Of a stretch of DNA of 64,000 nucleotides, positions 45,821-57,957 are shown in pieces. The notes under the pieces were generated by a model, which saw nothing but the letters and a program-made list of their open reading frames with translations, was not told the origin of the DNA and did no database searches. The DNA is from an uncultured Desulfobacteraceae bacterium (GTDB lineage Bacteria > Desulfobacterota > Desulfobacteria > Desulfobacterales > UBA2156): assembly GCA_964596535.1 (NCBI GenBank), contig CAZQUR010000002.1:14949-78948 (forward strand), in the 5' to 3' direction. Position numbers and translations under genes: made by a program. Each line of letters starts with the position of its first letter. Position 1 is the stretch's first letter.

Positions 45821-48514
45821 ATGGCAAAAATCAGGGTTTATGAACTTGCCAGGGAACTGAATATGACCAACAAGGTGTTCCTCGAAAAACTCGCGGAACT
45901 CGGCATGGCCGTGAGCAGTCATGTGAGTACGCTGGATGAGGAGCAGGTTGCCCGGATCAAATCGGCCATTTTAGGAAAACAGGAGGAAGCGGTCGAAATG
46001 ACGCGGGTCAAGCCCACCGTTATCCGCCGGCGTATCCGACGGGTTCCCGTAGAACCGACGGTGGAAGAATCATCCGCTCAGCCCGTTGCGGAAGCGACGG
46101 CGTCGCCGGAGGCGCAAACCCCGGAACCCGCAGGCGAGGCCGAGGCCTCCGCTGAAAAAATGTCCCTGGAACCCGCTTCGGTGCCACCCGGCACCGAAAC
46201 CGTGGAAAGACCGCCCGAGGTTGCTTCTCCGGAGAAACCTCTTCCGAGTGGGGAGACGCAACCAAAAGAAACCGAAGGTGCCCGTGATGCGTCTTTACCG
46301 GAAGAAAAGAAGCCCTTAGGGACCGAAGAAGGCATCGAAAAACCCAAAAAGACAAAGAAGAAAAAAGAAACCCCGGCCAAAATCATCCGGCTTCCGGAGA
46401 CGCCCAAAGCCAAAGCCCCCGCCGCCCCCGAAAAGCCCGCCGAACCGGCAGCGGACAGTCCAAAACCGGACGGTGTGGTGTCGAACGTCTTGGAGTTCCA
46501 GAAAAAGCGAACGGATTCCGAAGCGGACGGAAAAGAAGCCGAAGAAAAAGAAAAGAAGAAGAAAAAGGGGAAGCGAGAGTCTGAAGAAGATTCAAAGGAC
46601 AAGAAATTTTTCAAAAAGAAAATCTCTTTCAGAAAAAAGGAAGTGGTGGAGGGAGCGGACCTTTACGCGGAGCGCCCTTTGTCCCGGAAAGGAAGAAAAA
46701 CGGCACGGGGCAAGGCCTCCATTTCCATGCAAAAGCCGCAAATTACAGTGCCCCGGGCCATTAAACGGCGGCTGAAAATCGATGAAACCATTATTTTGTC
46801 GGATTTGGCCAAGCGGATGGGGATCAAGTCCGGAGATCTCATCAAGCAACTCATGTCTTTAGGGGTGATGGCCACCGTGAACCAGACGGTGGATTTTGAA
46901 ACCGCCGCTCTGGTGGCCGCGGAATTTAACTATGAGGTGGAAAAGGCGACCTTTGAAGAAGAATCCATTATCGGACTGGAAGAAGACGATCCCGGCAAGC
47001 TCGCGTCCCGGCCGCCGGTAGTGACCATCATGGGCCACGTGGACCACGGGAAGACATCGCTTTTGGATACCATTCGAAAGACCCGGATCACCGAAGGCGA
47101 GGCAGGGGGCATCACCCAACACATCGGCGCCTATAATGTATCCACGGACAAGGGTCAGATCGTATTCCTCGACACGCCGGGACACGAAGCCTTTACGGCC
47201 ATGCGCGCCCGGGGGGCCAAGGTCACGGATCTCGTCATCCTGGTGGTGGCCGCCGACGACGGCGTCATGCCCCAGACGGTGGAGGCCATCAATCATTCCC
47301 GGGCCGCAGGAGTCCCCCTCGTTGTCGCCGTCAACAAGATCGATAAACCCAATGCCGATACGGATCGCATTAAACGGCAATTGGCCGAACTCGGCCTGGT
47401 ACCGGAGGATTGGGGGGGAGATACCGTATTCATGGAGGTTTCCGCCAAATTCGGACAGGGGATCGATGATCTGATGGAAATGATCCTCCTTCAGGCCGAA
47501 CTCCTGGAGCTGAAAGCGAACCCGGACAAACTGGCCCGGGGGCATATCATCGAGGCGAAGCTGGATATCGGAAGGGGACCGGTTGCCACCCTCCTGGTCC
47601 AGGAGGGCACCCTTCGGACCGGCGAATCCGTGGTATGCGGGATTCATCACGGAAAAATCCGCGCCATGCTCAATGACCTGGGGAATCCGATCACGGAAGC
47701 CGGACCCTCCATGCCCGTGGAGATCTTGGGTCTTTCCGGAGTGCCGATGGCGGGGGACGAATTCCTGGTTCTGGAACGGGAGAAGAGCGCCAAGCAGCTC
47801 AGTTTTTACCGCAGCCAGAAACAACGGTCCAAAGAGTTGGCCAAAACAAGCCGTTTGAGTCTCGACAAGCTTTACGAACAGCTCAAATCCGGAGAAGTCA
47901 AGGATCTCAACCTGATCATCAAGGCCGACGTCCATGGATCCATCGAAGCACTGAGCGACTCCCTCGTGAAGCTCTCCAACGAAGAAGTCAGCATCAACGT
48001 GATCCATTCGGGGACGGGGTCCATCGTGGAATCGGACGTCTCTCTGGCCGCCGTCTCCAATGCGGTGATTATCGGATTCAATGTCCGGGCCACGCCCAAA
48101 GCCGCCGAACTGGCCGCGGAAGAGAACGTGGACATCCGGTATTATGACGTCATCTACAACGTGCTCCAGGACATGAAAGACGCCATTGTCGGCATGATGG
48201 CTTCCACCTTTGAAGAACGGGCGTTGGGCCGGGCGGAAGTGCGGGAGATTTTTCATATCCCGAGAGTGGGGACCATCGCCGGAACTTATGTGACGGGTGG
48301 AAAGCTGGAACGCGGCCGGCCGGTGCGATTGGTACGGGACGGCGTCGTCTTCCATACCGGAAAAATCGGCACCTTGAAACGTTTCAAGGACGACGTAAAG
48401 GAAGTCCAAAGCGGTTATGAGTGCGGGGTCCAGGTGGAGAATTACAACGACATCAAAGTCGGGGATATCATCGAGTGTTACTACCTCGAGGAGATCCGAC
48501 CCGAAATTCATTGA
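45821..48514 (+). CDS. infB: translation initiation factor IF-2
   Basis: [13 protein letters not shown]..., low-complexity Lys/Glu/Pro N-region, GTPase motifs [18 protein letters not shown]. Confidence 0.95.
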   Translation: MAKIRVYELARELNMTNKVFLEKLAELGMAVSSHVSTLDEEQVARIKSAILGKQEEAVEMTRVKPTVIRRRIRRVPVEPTVEESSAQPVAEATASPEAQTPEPAGEAEASAEKMSLEPASVPPGTETVERPPEVASPEKPLPSGETQPKETEGARDASLPEEKKPLGTEEGIEKPKKTKKKKETPAKIIRLPETPKAKAPAAPEKPAEPAADSPKPDGVVSNVLEFQKKRTDSEADGKEAEEKEKKKKKGKRESEEDSKDKKFFKKKISFRKKEVVEGADLYAERPLSRKGRKTARGKASISMQKPQITVPRAIKRRLKIDETIILSDLAKRMGIKSGDLIKQLMSLGVMATVNQTVDFETAALVAAEFNYEVEKATFEEESIIGLEEDDPGKLASRPPVVTIMGHVDHGKTSLLDTIRKTRITEGEAGGITQHIGAYNVSTDKGQIVFLDTPGHEAFTAMRARGAKVTDLVILVVAADDGVMPQTVEAINHSRAAGVPLVVAVNKIDKPNADTDRIKRQLAELGLVPEDWGGDTVFMEVSAKFGQGIDDLMEMILLQAELLELKANPDKLARGHIIEAKLDIGRGPVATLLVQEGTLRTGESVVCGIHHGKIRAMLNDLGNPITEAGPSMPVEILGLSGVPMAGDEFLVLEREKSAKQLSFYRSQKQRSKELAKTSRLSLDKLYEQLKSGEVKDLNLIIKADVHGSIEALSDSLVKLSNEEVSINVIHSGTGSIVESDVSLAAVSNAVIIGFNVRATPKAAELAAEENVDIRYYDVIYNVLQDMKDAIVGMMASTFEERALGRAEVREIFHIPRVGTIAGTYVTGGKLERGRPVRLVRDGVVFHTGKIGTLKRFKDDVKEVQSGYECGVQVENYNDIKVGDIIECYYLEEIRPEIH

Positions 48515-48547
48515 CGGGATGCGGGGGACGCCCCTTTCTAAAAGACC

Positions 48548-48835
48548 ATGGTCGTCGGGTATGGGATCATTACATTCCGGATTCACGATTGTCGCTCTTT
48601 AAAAGAGAAACGACGCGTCGTGAAATCCATCATCATGCAGTTGCGGAATCATTTCAATACGTCCGTGGCCGAAGTGGGCGGGCTTGATCTTTACCAACGG
48701 GTGGAAATCGGTTTCGCCGTAGTGGGAAACGACCGGCAGGTCATCAACGCGAAAATCGACAAGCTTTTCAATATGGCCGATGCCCTGGGCCTTGCCGAGA
48801 TCATCGATACGGAGATGGAGATGTTTTCCCTATGA
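48548..48835 (+). CDS. DUF503 domain protein (YlxP-like)
   Basis: FRIHDCRSLKEKRRVVKSI...SVAEVG..D...R..IGFAVVGND pattern, in the conserved position between infB and rbfA. Confidence 0.8.
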   Translation: MVVGYGIITFRIHDCRSLKEKRRVVKSIIMQLRNHFNTSVAEVGGLDLYQRVEIGFAVVGNDRQVINAKIDKLFNMADALGLAEIIDTEMEMFSL

Positions 48836-49212
48836 AACCCTTTAAGAGAGCCGATCGCGTCGCGGCCCTGATGCAACGGGTGCTTTCTCAGATTCTCCAA
48901 AAAGAGATCCAGGACCCGCGCCTGGATATGGTGACCATTACCCGTGTGCGCCTGTCTGCGGATTTGAAATTTGCCCGGATCTATTTCGCTTCCATTTCCG
49001 GTCCGGACCGGAAAGCTTCCATCGCCGCCGGCTTTGCGGATGCGTCGGGTTATGTCAAGCGGGCCCTGTCCGCGCAGATCGCGTTGCGGTATATGCCCCA
49101 TTTGGAATTTTTCTACGATGAATCCTACGATTATGCATCCAGAATTTACGGAATCCTGAAAACGCTTGAGAGTGAGAATGGAGCAGATCATCCACAAGCT
49201 GAAGAAGAGTAA
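48832..49212 (+). CDS. rbfA: 30S ribosome-binding factor RbfA
   Basis: RADRVAALMQRVLSQILQKEIQDPRL..VTITRVRLSADLKFARIYF canonical RbfA. Confidence 0.92.
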   Translation: MKPFKRADRVAALMQRVLSQILQKEIQDPRLDMVTITRVRLSADLKFARIYFASISGPDRKASIAAGFADASGYVKRALSAQIALRYMPHLEFFYDESYDYASRIYGILKTLESENGADHPQAEEE

Positions 49213-50149
49213 ACGGGCCTTTATTGCTTCCCACATGAATCCGGACGGAGACGCCATCGGATCTCTGGTGGCCATGGGGCTCTCCCTGGCCGCCCTCGGA
49301 AAAGACATCGTGCTGTTCAACGAAAGCCCAATCCCCGCGGTCTACCGGTTTCTTACCGGTGTGGACCGCGTCGTCGATCGAGTCCGTGCGGGATGTGCCT
49401 TTGACACGGCGGTGATCCTCGACTGCGGAGACCTGCACCGTGTGGGAGAGGCGCTGCCGATCGTGGAAAAGATCCCGGTGGTCATCAACATCGACCATCA
49501 TGTCACCAACACGCGCTTCGGGAACGTTCACCTCATTGACCCAACCGCCTGCGCCACGGCGGAGATCCTCTATCGACTCCTTCCGGGGCTGGGCGTCCCC
49601 TTGAGCCTGGACATTGCCAATGCGATCTATACGGGGATCCTGACGGATACCGGCTCTTTCCGCTTTTCCAACACGAATCGGAGCGCCTTTGAAATCTGTG
49701 AAAAGATGGTTACCCGGGGCGTGGATCCCTACCGGATCGCCCAGCAGGTCTACGGCACCTACTCTTTGGGGCGGATCAAGCTGTTGAATCTGGCCTTGGA
49801 TTCCATCGAGGTGTCTAAAAACGGAAAGCTTTCGATGATGGCGGTAACCCGACAGATGATGCAGGATACCGGTGCCCGCCCGGAGGATACGGACGGCCTG
49901 ATCAATTATGCCAAGGGGATCAAAGACATCAAGGTGGCGGTTCTCATCGAAGAGTTGAAACACGGTGCCGGTGGAACGGCGAGTCCCCTCTCCTATCATG
50001 TGAGCCTGCGATCGGACGGATCCGTGGACGTGGCCGCCATCGCCGCCGCCTTCGGCGGAGGGGGACATTCGAGCGCCGCGGGCTTCAGCGTTGAATCGAC
50101 ACTTCCCGAGATCAAAAGCCAAATTCTGGGGCTTGCGGAGGAGATGTGA
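49178..50149 (+). CDS. nrnA: DHH-family oligoribonuclease/pAp phosphatase NrnA-like
   Basis: IASHMNPDGDAIGS, DCGD, NIDHH, GGGH motifs. Overlaps the rbfA 3' end. Confidence 0.85.
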   Translation: MEQIIHKLKKSKRAFIASHMNPDGDAIGSLVAMGLSLAALGKDIVLFNESPIPAVYRFLTGVDRVVDRVRAGCAFDTAVILDCGDLHRVGEALPIVEKIPVVINIDHHVTNTRFGNVHLIDPTACATAEILYRLLPGLGVPLSLDIANAIYTGILTDTGSFRFSNTNRSAFEICEKMVTRGVDPYRIAQQVYGTYSLGRIKLLNLALDSIEVSKNGKLSMMAVTRQMMQDTGARPEDTDGLINYAKGIKDIKVAVLIEELKHGAGGTASPLSYHVSLRSDGSVDVAAIAAAFGGGGHSSAAGFSVESTLPEIKSQILGLAEEM

Positions 50150-51069
50150 GTCAGGAAAGCACTGAACACCGTTCGGGTATACTCCTTGTCGACAAGCCGG
50201 AAGGGATCACGTCGGCTCAGGTCGTCAGCCGGATCAAACGGGTGCTGCAGGCGCCGAAGGTGGGGCATGCCGGGACACTGGATCCCTTTGCCACCGGACT
50301 GCTGATATGTCTGATCGGCCGGGCGACCCGGTTGGCCCGTTTTTTTCTCGAGTCGGAGAAAACCTACCAGGCGACGCTGCACCTGGGCGTCGTCACCGAT
50401 ACCGGGGATATCACCGGCGAGCCCATCGCGGAATCCTCAGGAAAGATCCCCGCCGAAGAAGGGATCCGGCCGGTGATCGAACGGTTCACGGGGAAGATCC
50501 GTCAGGTGCCGCCGGTTTACAGCGCGTTGAAGCACCAGGGGGTCCCCTTGTATCGCTGGGCAAGGCAGGGAAAGGCGATTCAAAAGCCTCCCCGGACGGT
50601 GACCATTCATCGGTTGACGGTGCATTCCGTCGACCTCCCTGAAGTCTCTTTTGAGGTCACCTGTTCCGCAGGAACCTACATCCGGAGTTTGGCGGTGGAT
50701 GTGGGAGCGGCCCTGGGGTGCGGGGGGCACCTTTTGCGGCTTCGGCGGATTCAATGCGGAGACTTCCTCGTGAAAGACGCCGTCCCTTTCGATCGTGTGG
50801 ACGACCCCGTCGCACTTAAAAGACGCATCATCCCCATGTCGGCGGCGTTGCGCGGGTGGCCCGAACACAGAGTGGGCGATGCCGTTGCCGAGAAAGTCCG
50901 GCACGGCCGGTCCATTTCCGAAATCGACCTCTTGGACGCACCGGGCGGGGTTTGGCACACGGATAAGGCGTCTTTTATCAAGCTGATCGACGAAAAGGGA
51001 TCGCTGATCGCTCTGTTGCATCGGACCGTAACAGGGCACTATGGATATTTCGGTGTCTTCGGGGACTAG
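50146..51069 (+). CDS. truB: tRNA pseudouridine(55) synthase
   Basis: GILLVDKPEGITSAQVV...GHAGTLDPFATGLL catalytic Asp motif. Confidence 0.93.
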   Translation: MSQESTEHRSGILLVDKPEGITSAQVVSRIKRVLQAPKVGHAGTLDPFATGLLICLIGRATRLARFFLESEKTYQATLHLGVVTDTGDITGEPIAESSGKIPAEEGIRPVIERFTGKIRQVPPVYSALKHQGVPLYRWARQGKAIQKPPRTVTIHRLTVHSVDLPEVSFEVTCSAGTYIRSLAVDVGAALGCGGHLLRLRRIQCGDFLVKDAVPFDRVDDPVALKRRIIPMSAALRGWPEHRVGDAVAEKVRHGRSISEIDLLDAPGGVWHTDKASFIKLIDEKGSLIALLHRTVTGHYGYFGVFGD

Positions 51070-51139
51070 GGGATTCGCGGTAAACAGACTGCGATTTTTA
51101 TGATATGCATTAACGAAAATTCATTCATGGAGGAAGAAA

Positions 51140-51409
51140 TTGGCATTCACGGCAATTGAAAAAAAAGAACGGATCAACCAGTACAAGCTTCATGACGCGG
51201 ATACCGGATCTCCGGAAGTCCAGGTGGGCCTTTTGACCCATCGCATCAACTATCTCACCGAGCATCTCAAGACCCATAAAAAAGATCACCATTCCCGGAG
51301 AGGCCTGCTGATGCTGGTGGGAAGGCGACGGAGGCTGTTGGATTATGTAAAAAATCGGGATGTTCAACGGTACAGGAAAATCATCGAAACCCTCGGGTTG
51401 AGACGCTGA
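51140..51409 (+). CDS. rpsO: 30S ribosomal protein S15
   Basis: [49 protein letters not shown] canonical S15. TTG start after GGAGGA. Confidence 0.93.
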   Translation: MAFTAIEKKERINQYKLHDADTGSPEVQVGLLTHRINYLTEHLKTHKKDHHSRRGLLMLVGRRRRLLDYVKNRDVQRYRKIIETLGLRR

Positions 51410-51442
51410 TCCCTGTCCGAAAAGACATCTGATTCAAATACC

Positions 51443-51464
51443 GGCAGGCCCGCGGGCGCCTGCC
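51443..51464 (+). promoter_or_regulatory. GC hairpin in the rpsO-pnp spacer (candidate pnp leader processing or attenuation stem)
   Basis: GGCAGGC-ccgcgggc-GCCTGCC with no trailing T-run. The position is analogous to the RNase III-processed pnp leader known in E. coli. Confidence 0.3.
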
Positions 51465-51488
51465 CTAACCCATCAGTTGGAGACTGGA

Positions 51489-53588
51489 ATGGAATTGTTA
51501 TTCAAAGCAGAAATCGGCGGCCGCACCTTGAGCCTCCAGACGGGAAAAGTCGCCAAACAAGCCTCGGGCGCGGTGATGGTCCAGTATGGCGAAACAATGG
51601 TCCTGGTCACCGTGGTGTCCTCCGACGAGCAGCGGATCGGTGCCGATTTTCTCCCCCTTTCGGTGGAATACCAGGAGAAGATCTATGCGGCCGGAAGGAT
51701 CCCCGGAAACTATTTTCGGCGGGAAATCGGACGCCCCAGCGAAAAGGAGACGCTCACCGCGCGATTGATCGATCGTCCCATCCGCCCCCTTTTTCCCAAG
51801 AAATACAACTTTGAAACGCAAGTGATCGCCACCGTCTTGTCCATGGATCAGGAAAACGATCCGGATACGCTGGCCATGATCGGGGCCTCGGCCGCCCTCG
51901 AGATTTCAGACATCCCCTTTGACGGGCCCATCGCCAGCATCCGTATCGGCCGTATCGACGGAGAATTGGTGGTCAATCCCACCCTTTCCGGGTATGACCA
52001 ATCCGATATCAATATCATCGTTGCGGGGTCGAAAAACGGCGTGGTCATGGTGGAAGGAGGATCCAACATCGTGAGTGAGGCGGATATGCTCGAGGCGATT
52101 TTCTTCGGGCACCGGGAACTGCAGCCCCTCATCGAGATCCAGGAAAAGCTCAAAGAAGCTTCCGGTCGCCCCAAGCGACCCTTTGCGCCGCCGCCGGTGG
52201 ATGAAGGGCTTTTGAAACAAATCGAAGAGATGGCATCCGACGGGATCCAGGAAGCGCTTTTGATTCCCGGCAAAACCACGCGCAGTAACACCTTGCGGTC
52301 TTTGAAGGGTCGAATCCTGGAAGATTTCGGCCCCGAATATGCGGAGCGAAAGTCGGAAATCGACGATGTGTTCAATGATCTGAAGCGACGCATCTGCCGG
52401 GACCTGATGCTCCGGGAAGGACGCCGCATCGACGGCCGGGGATTCGACGAGATCCGACCCATTTCCTGCGAGGTGGGAGTCCTTCCGAGGCCCCACGGGA
52501 GCGCCTTGTTCACCCGGGGGGAAACCCAGGTGCTCGGCGTTTTGACGTTGGGCTCCGGTCCGGACGAACAGCGGGTGGAGACATTGATCGGGGAGGAGTT
52601 CCGGCCGTTCATGCTCCATTATAATTTCCCTCCCTATTCGGTGGGCGAAGTCAAGCGCATCATGGGGCCGTCGAGACGGGACATCGGTCACGGCGGGCTT
52701 TCCACCCGGGCCCTGGAAAAAGTGATCCCCAACAAGGAACTTTTCGAGTATACGATCCGGATCGTTTCGGAAGTCTTCGAGTCCAATGGTTCTTCTTCCA
52801 TGGGAACGGTCTGCTCGGCCAGTCTCGCCCTCATGGACGGCGGCGTTCCCATCAAGGCCCCGGTCTCCGGTATCGCCATGGGTCTCGTGAAGGAAGGCCA
52901 AGATGTGATCGTGTTGTCCGACATCCTCGGAGACGAAGATCATATGGGCGATATGGACTTCAAGGTGGCGGGGACGCGGGAAGGGATCACCGCCCTCCAG
53001 ATGGACATCAAGATCAAATCCCTTTCGGAGGACATCCTGAAAAAAGCGCTGGAGCAAGCGCGCGCGGGCAGGATCTTCATCCTCGAAAAAATGCTGGAAG
53101 CGCTCAAGGAACCGCGGAAAGAAACGTCTCCCTATGCCCCCAAGATGATCTCCACCAAGATCAACCCGGATAAAATCCGGGAGATCATCGGCCCGGGAGG
53201 GAAGATCATCCGGGCGCTCCAAACGGAAACCAACGCCCGCATCGAAGTGGAGGACTCAGGCGTCGTGAAGGTCTTCGCCTTTTCCCTGAAAGACGGGGAA
53301 GAGGCTCTGCGCCGGATCAAGGAAATCGCGGCGGAGCCCGAAGTCGGAACCATTTACGACGGGACGGTGGTGAAGGTGATGGATTTCGGGGCATTCGTGG
53401 AAATCCTCCCCGGAACGGACGGGCTGGTCCATATTTCCCAACTGGCGGATCGTCGCGTGAAAAAGGTGACCGATGTGGTCAATGAAGGAGATAAAATCAA
53501 GGTGAAGGTCCTCGACGTCTCGCCGGAAGGAAAGATCCGCCTGAGCCTGAAAGAAGCCCTTGCGGAATTGAACAGGCCGAAACCGTGA
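51489..53588 (+). CDS. pnp: polyribonucleotide nucleotidyltransferase (PNPase)
   Basis: Two RNase PH domains, KH ([12 protein letters not shown]) and S1 ([15 protein letters not shown]). ATG 51489 is 6 nt after GGAG (the track start at 51477 is TTG). Confidence 0.95.
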   Translation: MELLFKAEIGGRTLSLQTGKVAKQASGAVMVQYGETMVLVTVVSSDEQRIGADFLPLSVEYQEKIYAAGRIPGNYFRREIGRPSEKETLTARLIDRPIRPLFPKKYNFETQVIATVLSMDQENDPDTLAMIGASAALEISDIPFDGPIASIRIGRIDGELVVNPTLSGYDQSDINIIVAGSKNGVVMVEGGSNIVSEADMLEAIFFGHRELQPLIEIQEKLKEASGRPKRPFAPPPVDEGLLKQIEEMASDGIQEALLIPGKTTRSNTLRSLKGRILEDFGPEYAERKSEIDDVFNDLKRRICRDLMLREGRRIDGRGFDEIRPISCEVGVLPRPHGSALFTRGETQVLGVLTLGSGPDEQRVETLIGEEFRPFMLHYNFPPYSVGEVKRIMGPSRRDIGHGGLSTRALEKVIPNKELFEYTIRIVSEVFESNGSSSMGTVCSASLALMDGGVPIKAPVSGIAMGLVKEGQDVIVLSDILGDEDHMGDMDFKVAGTREGITALQMDIKIKSLSEDILKKALEQARAGRIFILEKMLEALKEPRKETSPYAPKMISTKINPDKIREIIGPGGKIIRALQTETNARIEVEDSGVVKVFAFSLKDGEEALRRIKEIAAEPEVGTIYDGTVVKVMDFGAFVEILPGTDGLVHISQLADRRVKKVTDVVNEGDKIKVKVLDVSPEGKIRLSLKEALAELNRPKP

Positions 53589-54841
53589 TCCAAAAGACTT
53601 TTCTGGCCAACGGTGTTCGGATTTTAACGAAAAAAATCCCCCACTTCAAAAGCGTTTCCATGGGCGTATGGGTCAATGCCGGTGCCCGGGACGAGGCCGA
53701 GGATGAAAACGGTCTTTCCCATTTCATCGAGCACATGATCTTCAAGGGGACCGCCGCGCGCTCCGCGTACCAGATCGCCAAGGCCTTCGACGCCATCGGC
53801 GGCTACTCCAACGCGTTCACCTCCATGGAGACCACGTGTTATCACGCCAAGGTGATGGGAGATCATCTGGCCACCATGATCGACATCCTGTCGGACATCT
53901 TCCTCAATTCCGTGTTCGACCCTCTCGAGATCGATCGCGAACGGCCCGTCATCTTCCAGGAAATCGGGATGCTGGAAGACAGCCCGGAAGAATGGATCCA
54001 TGTTTTGGCGCAAAACAACTTTTGGGGGGAAAGCCCGCTGGGAAGATCCATTCTCGGCAGCCGGGAAAACCTTTTGCGTTTCGACGCCTCCGTGGTACGG
54101 GCCTTTTTTCGAAAACTCTACCAGCCGGATCGGATCCTGATCTGTACGGCCGGAAAGGCCGAGCACGACCGGATCGTGGATCTCATGGGACCGGCCTTCG
54201 AAGCCATCGGTGCCGGGAACCGACTCCCGGAACGCCTGACGCCCGCGGGGCAGGCGCAGATCCGGCGGGTTCGAAAAAAGCTGGAACAGGTTCACCTGTG
54301 CCTCACCACACCGGGACTTTCACTCACCGACCCGAAGCGGTTTGCGTTTTCCGTTCTCAACACGGTGCTGGGGGGGAACATGAGTTCCCGTCTTTTTCAG
54401 GAAATCCGGGAGCGCCGGGGATTGGCCTACAGCGTCTATTCCTTCGTTTCCGCCTATGTGGATACCGGTGTATTCGGGGCATACGCCGCCTGCGACACCA
54501 AAAAGATCAAAGAAGTCCTCCGGGTCACCTTGGAGGAAATGCACCGGATCCAATCCGATCTCCTCGACGCCACGGAGCTCGAGAGCGCCAAGGCCTTTCT
54601 CAAGGGAAGCCTTTATCTGGGGTCCGAAAGCGTTGACCATCAGATGCTCCGCATGGCGCAAAACGAAATGCTGTTCAATGCCCCGGTTCCCCTCGAGCAC
54701 GTCATCCAGGGGATCGAGGGGGTAGCGGCCCATGAGGTCCGTGATCTGGCACGGGAACTCTTTTGTCCGGGGCAAATGGCCGCAACCCTTCTGGGACCCA
54801 TCCCGGCCCGATTGAACCTTGAAGGGCTTTTATCCCCTTAA
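53585..54841 (+). CDS. M16 family (pitrilysin/insulinase-like) zinc peptidase
   Basis: [11 protein letters not shown] (HxxEH) motif. Overlaps the pnp stop by 4 nt. Confidence 0.88.
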   Translation: MIQKTFLANGVRILTKKIPHFKSVSMGVWVNAGARDEAEDENGLSHFIEHMIFKGTAARSAYQIAKAFDAIGGYSNAFTSMETTCYHAKVMGDHLATMIDILSDIFLNSVFDPLEIDRERPVIFQEIGMLEDSPEEWIHVLAQNNFWGESPLGRSILGSRENLLRFDASVVRAFFRKLYQPDRILICTAGKAEHDRIVDLMGPAFEAIGAGNRLPERLTPAGQAQIRRVRKKLEQVHLCLTTPGLSLTDPKRFAFSVLNTVLGGNMSSRLFQEIRERRGLAYSVYSFVSAYVDTGVFGAYAACDTKKIKEVLRVTLEEMHRIQSDLLDATELESAKAFLKGSLYLGSESVDHQMLRMAQNEMLFNAPVPLEHVIQGIEGVAAHEVRDLARELFCPGQMAATLLGPIPARLNLEGLLSP

Positions 54842-54861
54842 TCCGCCGGAGAGATGCGAAG

Positions 54862-55356
54862 ATGACAATGGACGGCAAACCGCCCGAAACGCCCGGGACC
54901 CCATCGCCCACGGTCAAATTCCTCCGGTTGCGGCCGGAAGCCGAATCGGATATTCCGCTTCCCTGTTATATGACGCCGGGTGCATCCGGAATGGATATCT
55001 GTGCTGCCGTGGAAATGGATCTGGTACTCTCCCCGGGCGAAATCCGATTGATCCCCACAGGGTTCGCCGTTGCCCTGCCTCCCGGGTATGAAGCCCAGAT
55101 CCGTCCCAGGAGCGGACTCGCCGTCGCCAACGGGATCGGTATCATCAATGCGCCGGGGACCATTGATGCGGACTACCGGGGAGAAGTCATGATCGCCCTC
55201 ATCAACCACGGGAAGAAGGATTTCATTGTCCACCGGGGCGACCGGATCGCCCAGATGATCATTCAACCGGTCTGCCGGGCGAAAATCGAAGCGGTTTTAC
55301 AGTTGGATGACACTTCCAGGAGTGCCGGCGGTTTCGGGCATACAGGGGTTTCCTGA
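54862..55356 (+). CDS. dut: dUTP diphosphatase
   Basis: [43 protein letters not shown] motifs. Confidence 0.93.
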   Translation: MTMDGKPPETPGTPSPTVKFLRLRPEAESDIPLPCYMTPGASGMDICAAVEMDLVLSPGEIRLIPTGFAVALPPGYEAQIRPRSGLAVANGIGIINAPGTIDADYRGEVMIALINHGKKDFIVHRGDRIAQMIIQPVCRAKIEAVLQLDDTSRSAGGFGHTGVS

Positions 55357-56136
55357 ATGGACCATCCGTTGTCCGTGTGCGTCCTGGCGAGCGGAAGCAA
55401 GGGGAACGCCGTTTACATCAGCGACGGGACCACGGCCATCCTCATCGATGCGGGGTTGTCCGGAATCGAAATTGAACGGCGCCTGTCCTGCCGGGGTCTT
55501 TCGCCCCGGATGCTTTCGGCCGTTGTGGTTACCCACGAGCATGCGGATCATATCCAGGGCGTGGGTGTCCTTTCCCGGCGATACCGCCTCCCCGTGTACT
55601 CGAGTGCACGGACGATGCAGGCGGCGGAGCGTTTTGTCGGAAAACTTTGTGAATGCATCCCGTTCGAAACCGGCCGGGAATGGGTGCTGGGGTCTTTGGC
55701 CCTGCGTCCCTTTGCCATGTCCCATGACGCCGAAGATCCTTCCGGCATGGTTGTCTCCGCCAACGGCAGGAAGATCGGCATCGCCACGGACATGGGAACG
55801 GCCACGGCCCTGGTCAAGGAGCACCTCAAGGACTGCCATCTCCTGATCCTCGAGGCCAATCATGATCCGCGCATGCTGGAAGAGGGCCCCTATCCCTGGC
55901 CGGTCAAGCAGCGGATCCAGAGCCGATGCGGGCATCTTTCCAACGAACAGACCCGGAATCTCCTCAAGGAAATCCGGCACAAAAATCTCGCCCACGTAGT
56001 GCTCGCCCACCTGAGTGAAACCAACAATACCCCCCAAAAGGCCCTCGGGACCGTTGCCTCCGCCGTCGATACCCGTCACACCCGCCTGGAAGCGGCGGTC
56101 CAGGATCGGTGCGGAGAACTGATTTGGATCCGGTGA
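55357..56136 (+). CDS. MBL-fold metallo-hydrolase
   Basis: LASGSKGNAVYI and VVTHEHADHIQG (HxHxDH). Starts directly after the dut stop. Confidence 0.85.
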   Translation: MDHPLSVCVLASGSKGNAVYISDGTTAILIDAGLSGIEIERRLSCRGLSPRMLSAVVVTHEHADHIQGVGVLSRRYRLPVYSSARTMQAAERFVGKLCECIPFETGREWVLGSLALRPFAMSHDAEDPSGMVVSANGRKIGIATDMGTATALVKEHLKDCHLLILEANHDPRMLEEGPYPWPVKQRIQSRCGHLSNEQTRNLLKEIRHKNLAHVVLAHLSETNNTPQKALGTVASAVDTRHTRLEAAVQDRCGELIWIR

Positions 56137-56161
56137 AAGGCGATGCCGCCGTCCTGAGGCA

Positions 56162-57244
56162 TCAGCACGGCACCCGGATGGGCGTCTCTTCCACAAAAAG
56201 GGTTTCCGAAGGGCACGAAGGATCGGGGCGGATGCAAATCTCCGCCAGGCGGAATCGGTTTTTCAAAAGCCTTACGTTTCGGTTGGCTTGACCGGCCGTC
56301 TTGGAAGCGTGCCGGGGATGCATGCGCAGGGTCAAGGGATCGGGGATCTTTTTTTTTCCTTCAAGAAAGGCGGCCAAGGTGTCGAAAAAGATTTCGGATC
56401 GGACCAGATGGCCGAAGGCGGGATGGAACGGCCCCGCCACGAGCCGATGCGTTGGGGTGAGCGTTTCTGAGGCTTGCAGCCCCATTCGAATGACCCGGAT
56501 GCCGTTTTCCATAAAATAAAGAAAAAGCCCTTTGACATGGCGGACACACGCCTCCAGAGGCCAGGGGGTGTATTCCCCCCGGCGGTACCATTGAGCCAAA
56601 AGGCTTCCTTTCAGCACCACCGTGGGATAAATCCGGACGTAGTCGGGAGACAGGGCGGCGGCTTTCTCGGCGCTTGAAAAGGAGCCGGCTTCCGTGTCTT
56701 TCGGCAGCCCCACCATCAGTTGCAGCCCCACCTTATAGCCCCGATTTTTCAAACGTTTTACGGCCTGCACGGTATCGACGGCCAAATGCCCGCGTCCGGA
56801 CGCGGCCAGGACGCCGTCATCCATGGACTGGGCGCCCAATTCCACGGTCTCCACCGGAAATCCGGAAAGCCAATCGAGCCGCGCTTCGGTGATGGAATCC
56901 GGACGGGTGGAAAATCGGATATGGTCGATGCGCGCTTCTTGGATCAAGGCGGCGGCGGCCTTCAGGTAAGCCGAGACCCGGGGCTTTTCCATCCCCAGAA
57001 AGGTTCCTCCGTAAAAAGCCACCTGCACCGGCCGGCGGTTTTCCCGGTTGTACGCCAGATACGCCGCCGCATGGCGCCGGAGATCTTCCGGTCTGAAGTC
57101 GGATGTGCCGTCCGTATCCATGGCGTGTTGGTTGCAAAAGACACATCGATGGGAACATCCTTGATGCCGCAAAAAGACCGGGATGATGAAGGGCTTGGAT
57201 ACCGCTTTTGGGCAGACTTCCTGCAGGGCCATGGGGTGCATCAT
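56162..57244 (-). CDS. radical SAM protein (ELP3-like catalytic domain family)
   Basis: IPVFLRHQGCSHRCVFCNQ (CxxxCxxC), TIM-barrel-like remainder. Start overlaps the rnc stop (ATGA). Confidence 0.7.
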   Translation of the reverse strand: MMHPMALQEVCPKAVSKPFIIPVFLRHQGCSHRCVFCNQHAMDTDGTSDFRPEDLRRHAAAYLAYNRENRRPVQVAFYGGTFLGMEKPRVSAYLKAAAALIQEARIDHIRFSTRPDSITEARLDWLSGFPVETVELGAQSMDDGVLAASGRGHLAVDTVQAVKRLKNRGYKVGLQLMVGLPKDTEAGSFSSAEKAAALSPDYVRIYPTVVLKGSLLAQWYRRGEYTPWPLEACVRHVKGLFLYFMENGIRVIRMGLQASETLTPTHRLVAGPFHPAFGHLVRSEIFFDTLAAFLEGKKKIPDPLTLRMHPRHASKTAGQANRNVRLLKNRFRLAEICIRPDPSCPSETLFVEETPIRVPC

Positions 57245-57957
57245 TCGTTAAAAGGTAGCGGAGTGCCGGAATAAATCCGGGCGAGGGCGTTTTGCGCCGC
57301 GTGGCGCTCCGCGGCTTTTTTGCTCTTTCCGCTCCCTTCCGCGGTAATGCCGAGTACTTCCACCCGGACGCGGAAGGTCTTGTCATGATTGGGCCCCGCC
57401 TCATTAAGTACCGTATACACCGGCATCCGTTTTTTTTGATGCTGTACAATCTCTTGCAGACGGGATTTGGCATCGGTGGCGGCACGAAGCAGTCCCGGGT
57501 CTTCCAAAAAAGGAAGAAAGCGGCTTTCAATGAGCTGGAAGGCGGCGGGAAAACCGCCGTCCAGATAGACCGCGGCGATGACTGCCTCGAACGCATCCGC
57601 CAATATGGAGGGTTTTTCCCTGCCGTTGTTTTGTTCTTCCCCTTTCCCGATCCGTAGAAAAGCACCGAGATCCAAAGCGCGGGCGCATTCGGCCAGCCGG
57701 GGCTCGCTGACCAGCCCGGAACGCATCTTCGACAAATCCCCCTCCCGCAAATGCGGGAAGCGTTCCCACAACAGATGCCCCACCACCAGGTTCAAAACCG
57801 CGTCGCCGAGAAATTCCAGGCGCTGGTTGTCTTCCACCGGTTTCCCATCCGGGCATTCATTGGCGTAAGAGGTGTGGCATAACGCCGCGTATAGACGCCA
57901 CTGGTCCGAAAAGGTATAGGCGAGTCGATTTTCAAGGGGGGTGAGGTCTACTTCCAT
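57241..57957 (-). CDS. rnc: ribonuclease III
   Basis: NQRLEFLGDAVLNLVV signature and a C-terminal dsRBD (GPNHDKTF...G.GKSKKAAERHAAQNAL). Confidence 0.95.
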   Translation of the reverse strand: MEVDLTPLENRLAYTFSDQWRLYAALCHTSYANECPDGKPVEDNQRLEFLGDAVLNLVVGHLLWERFPHLREGDLSKMRSGLVSEPRLAECARALDLGAFLRIGKGEEQNNGREKPSILADAFEAVIAAVYLDGGFPAAFQLIESRFLPFLEDPGLLRAATDAKSRLQEIVQHQKKRMPVYTVLNEAGPNHDKTFRVRVEVLGITAEGSGKSKKAAERHAAQNALARIYSGTPLPFNE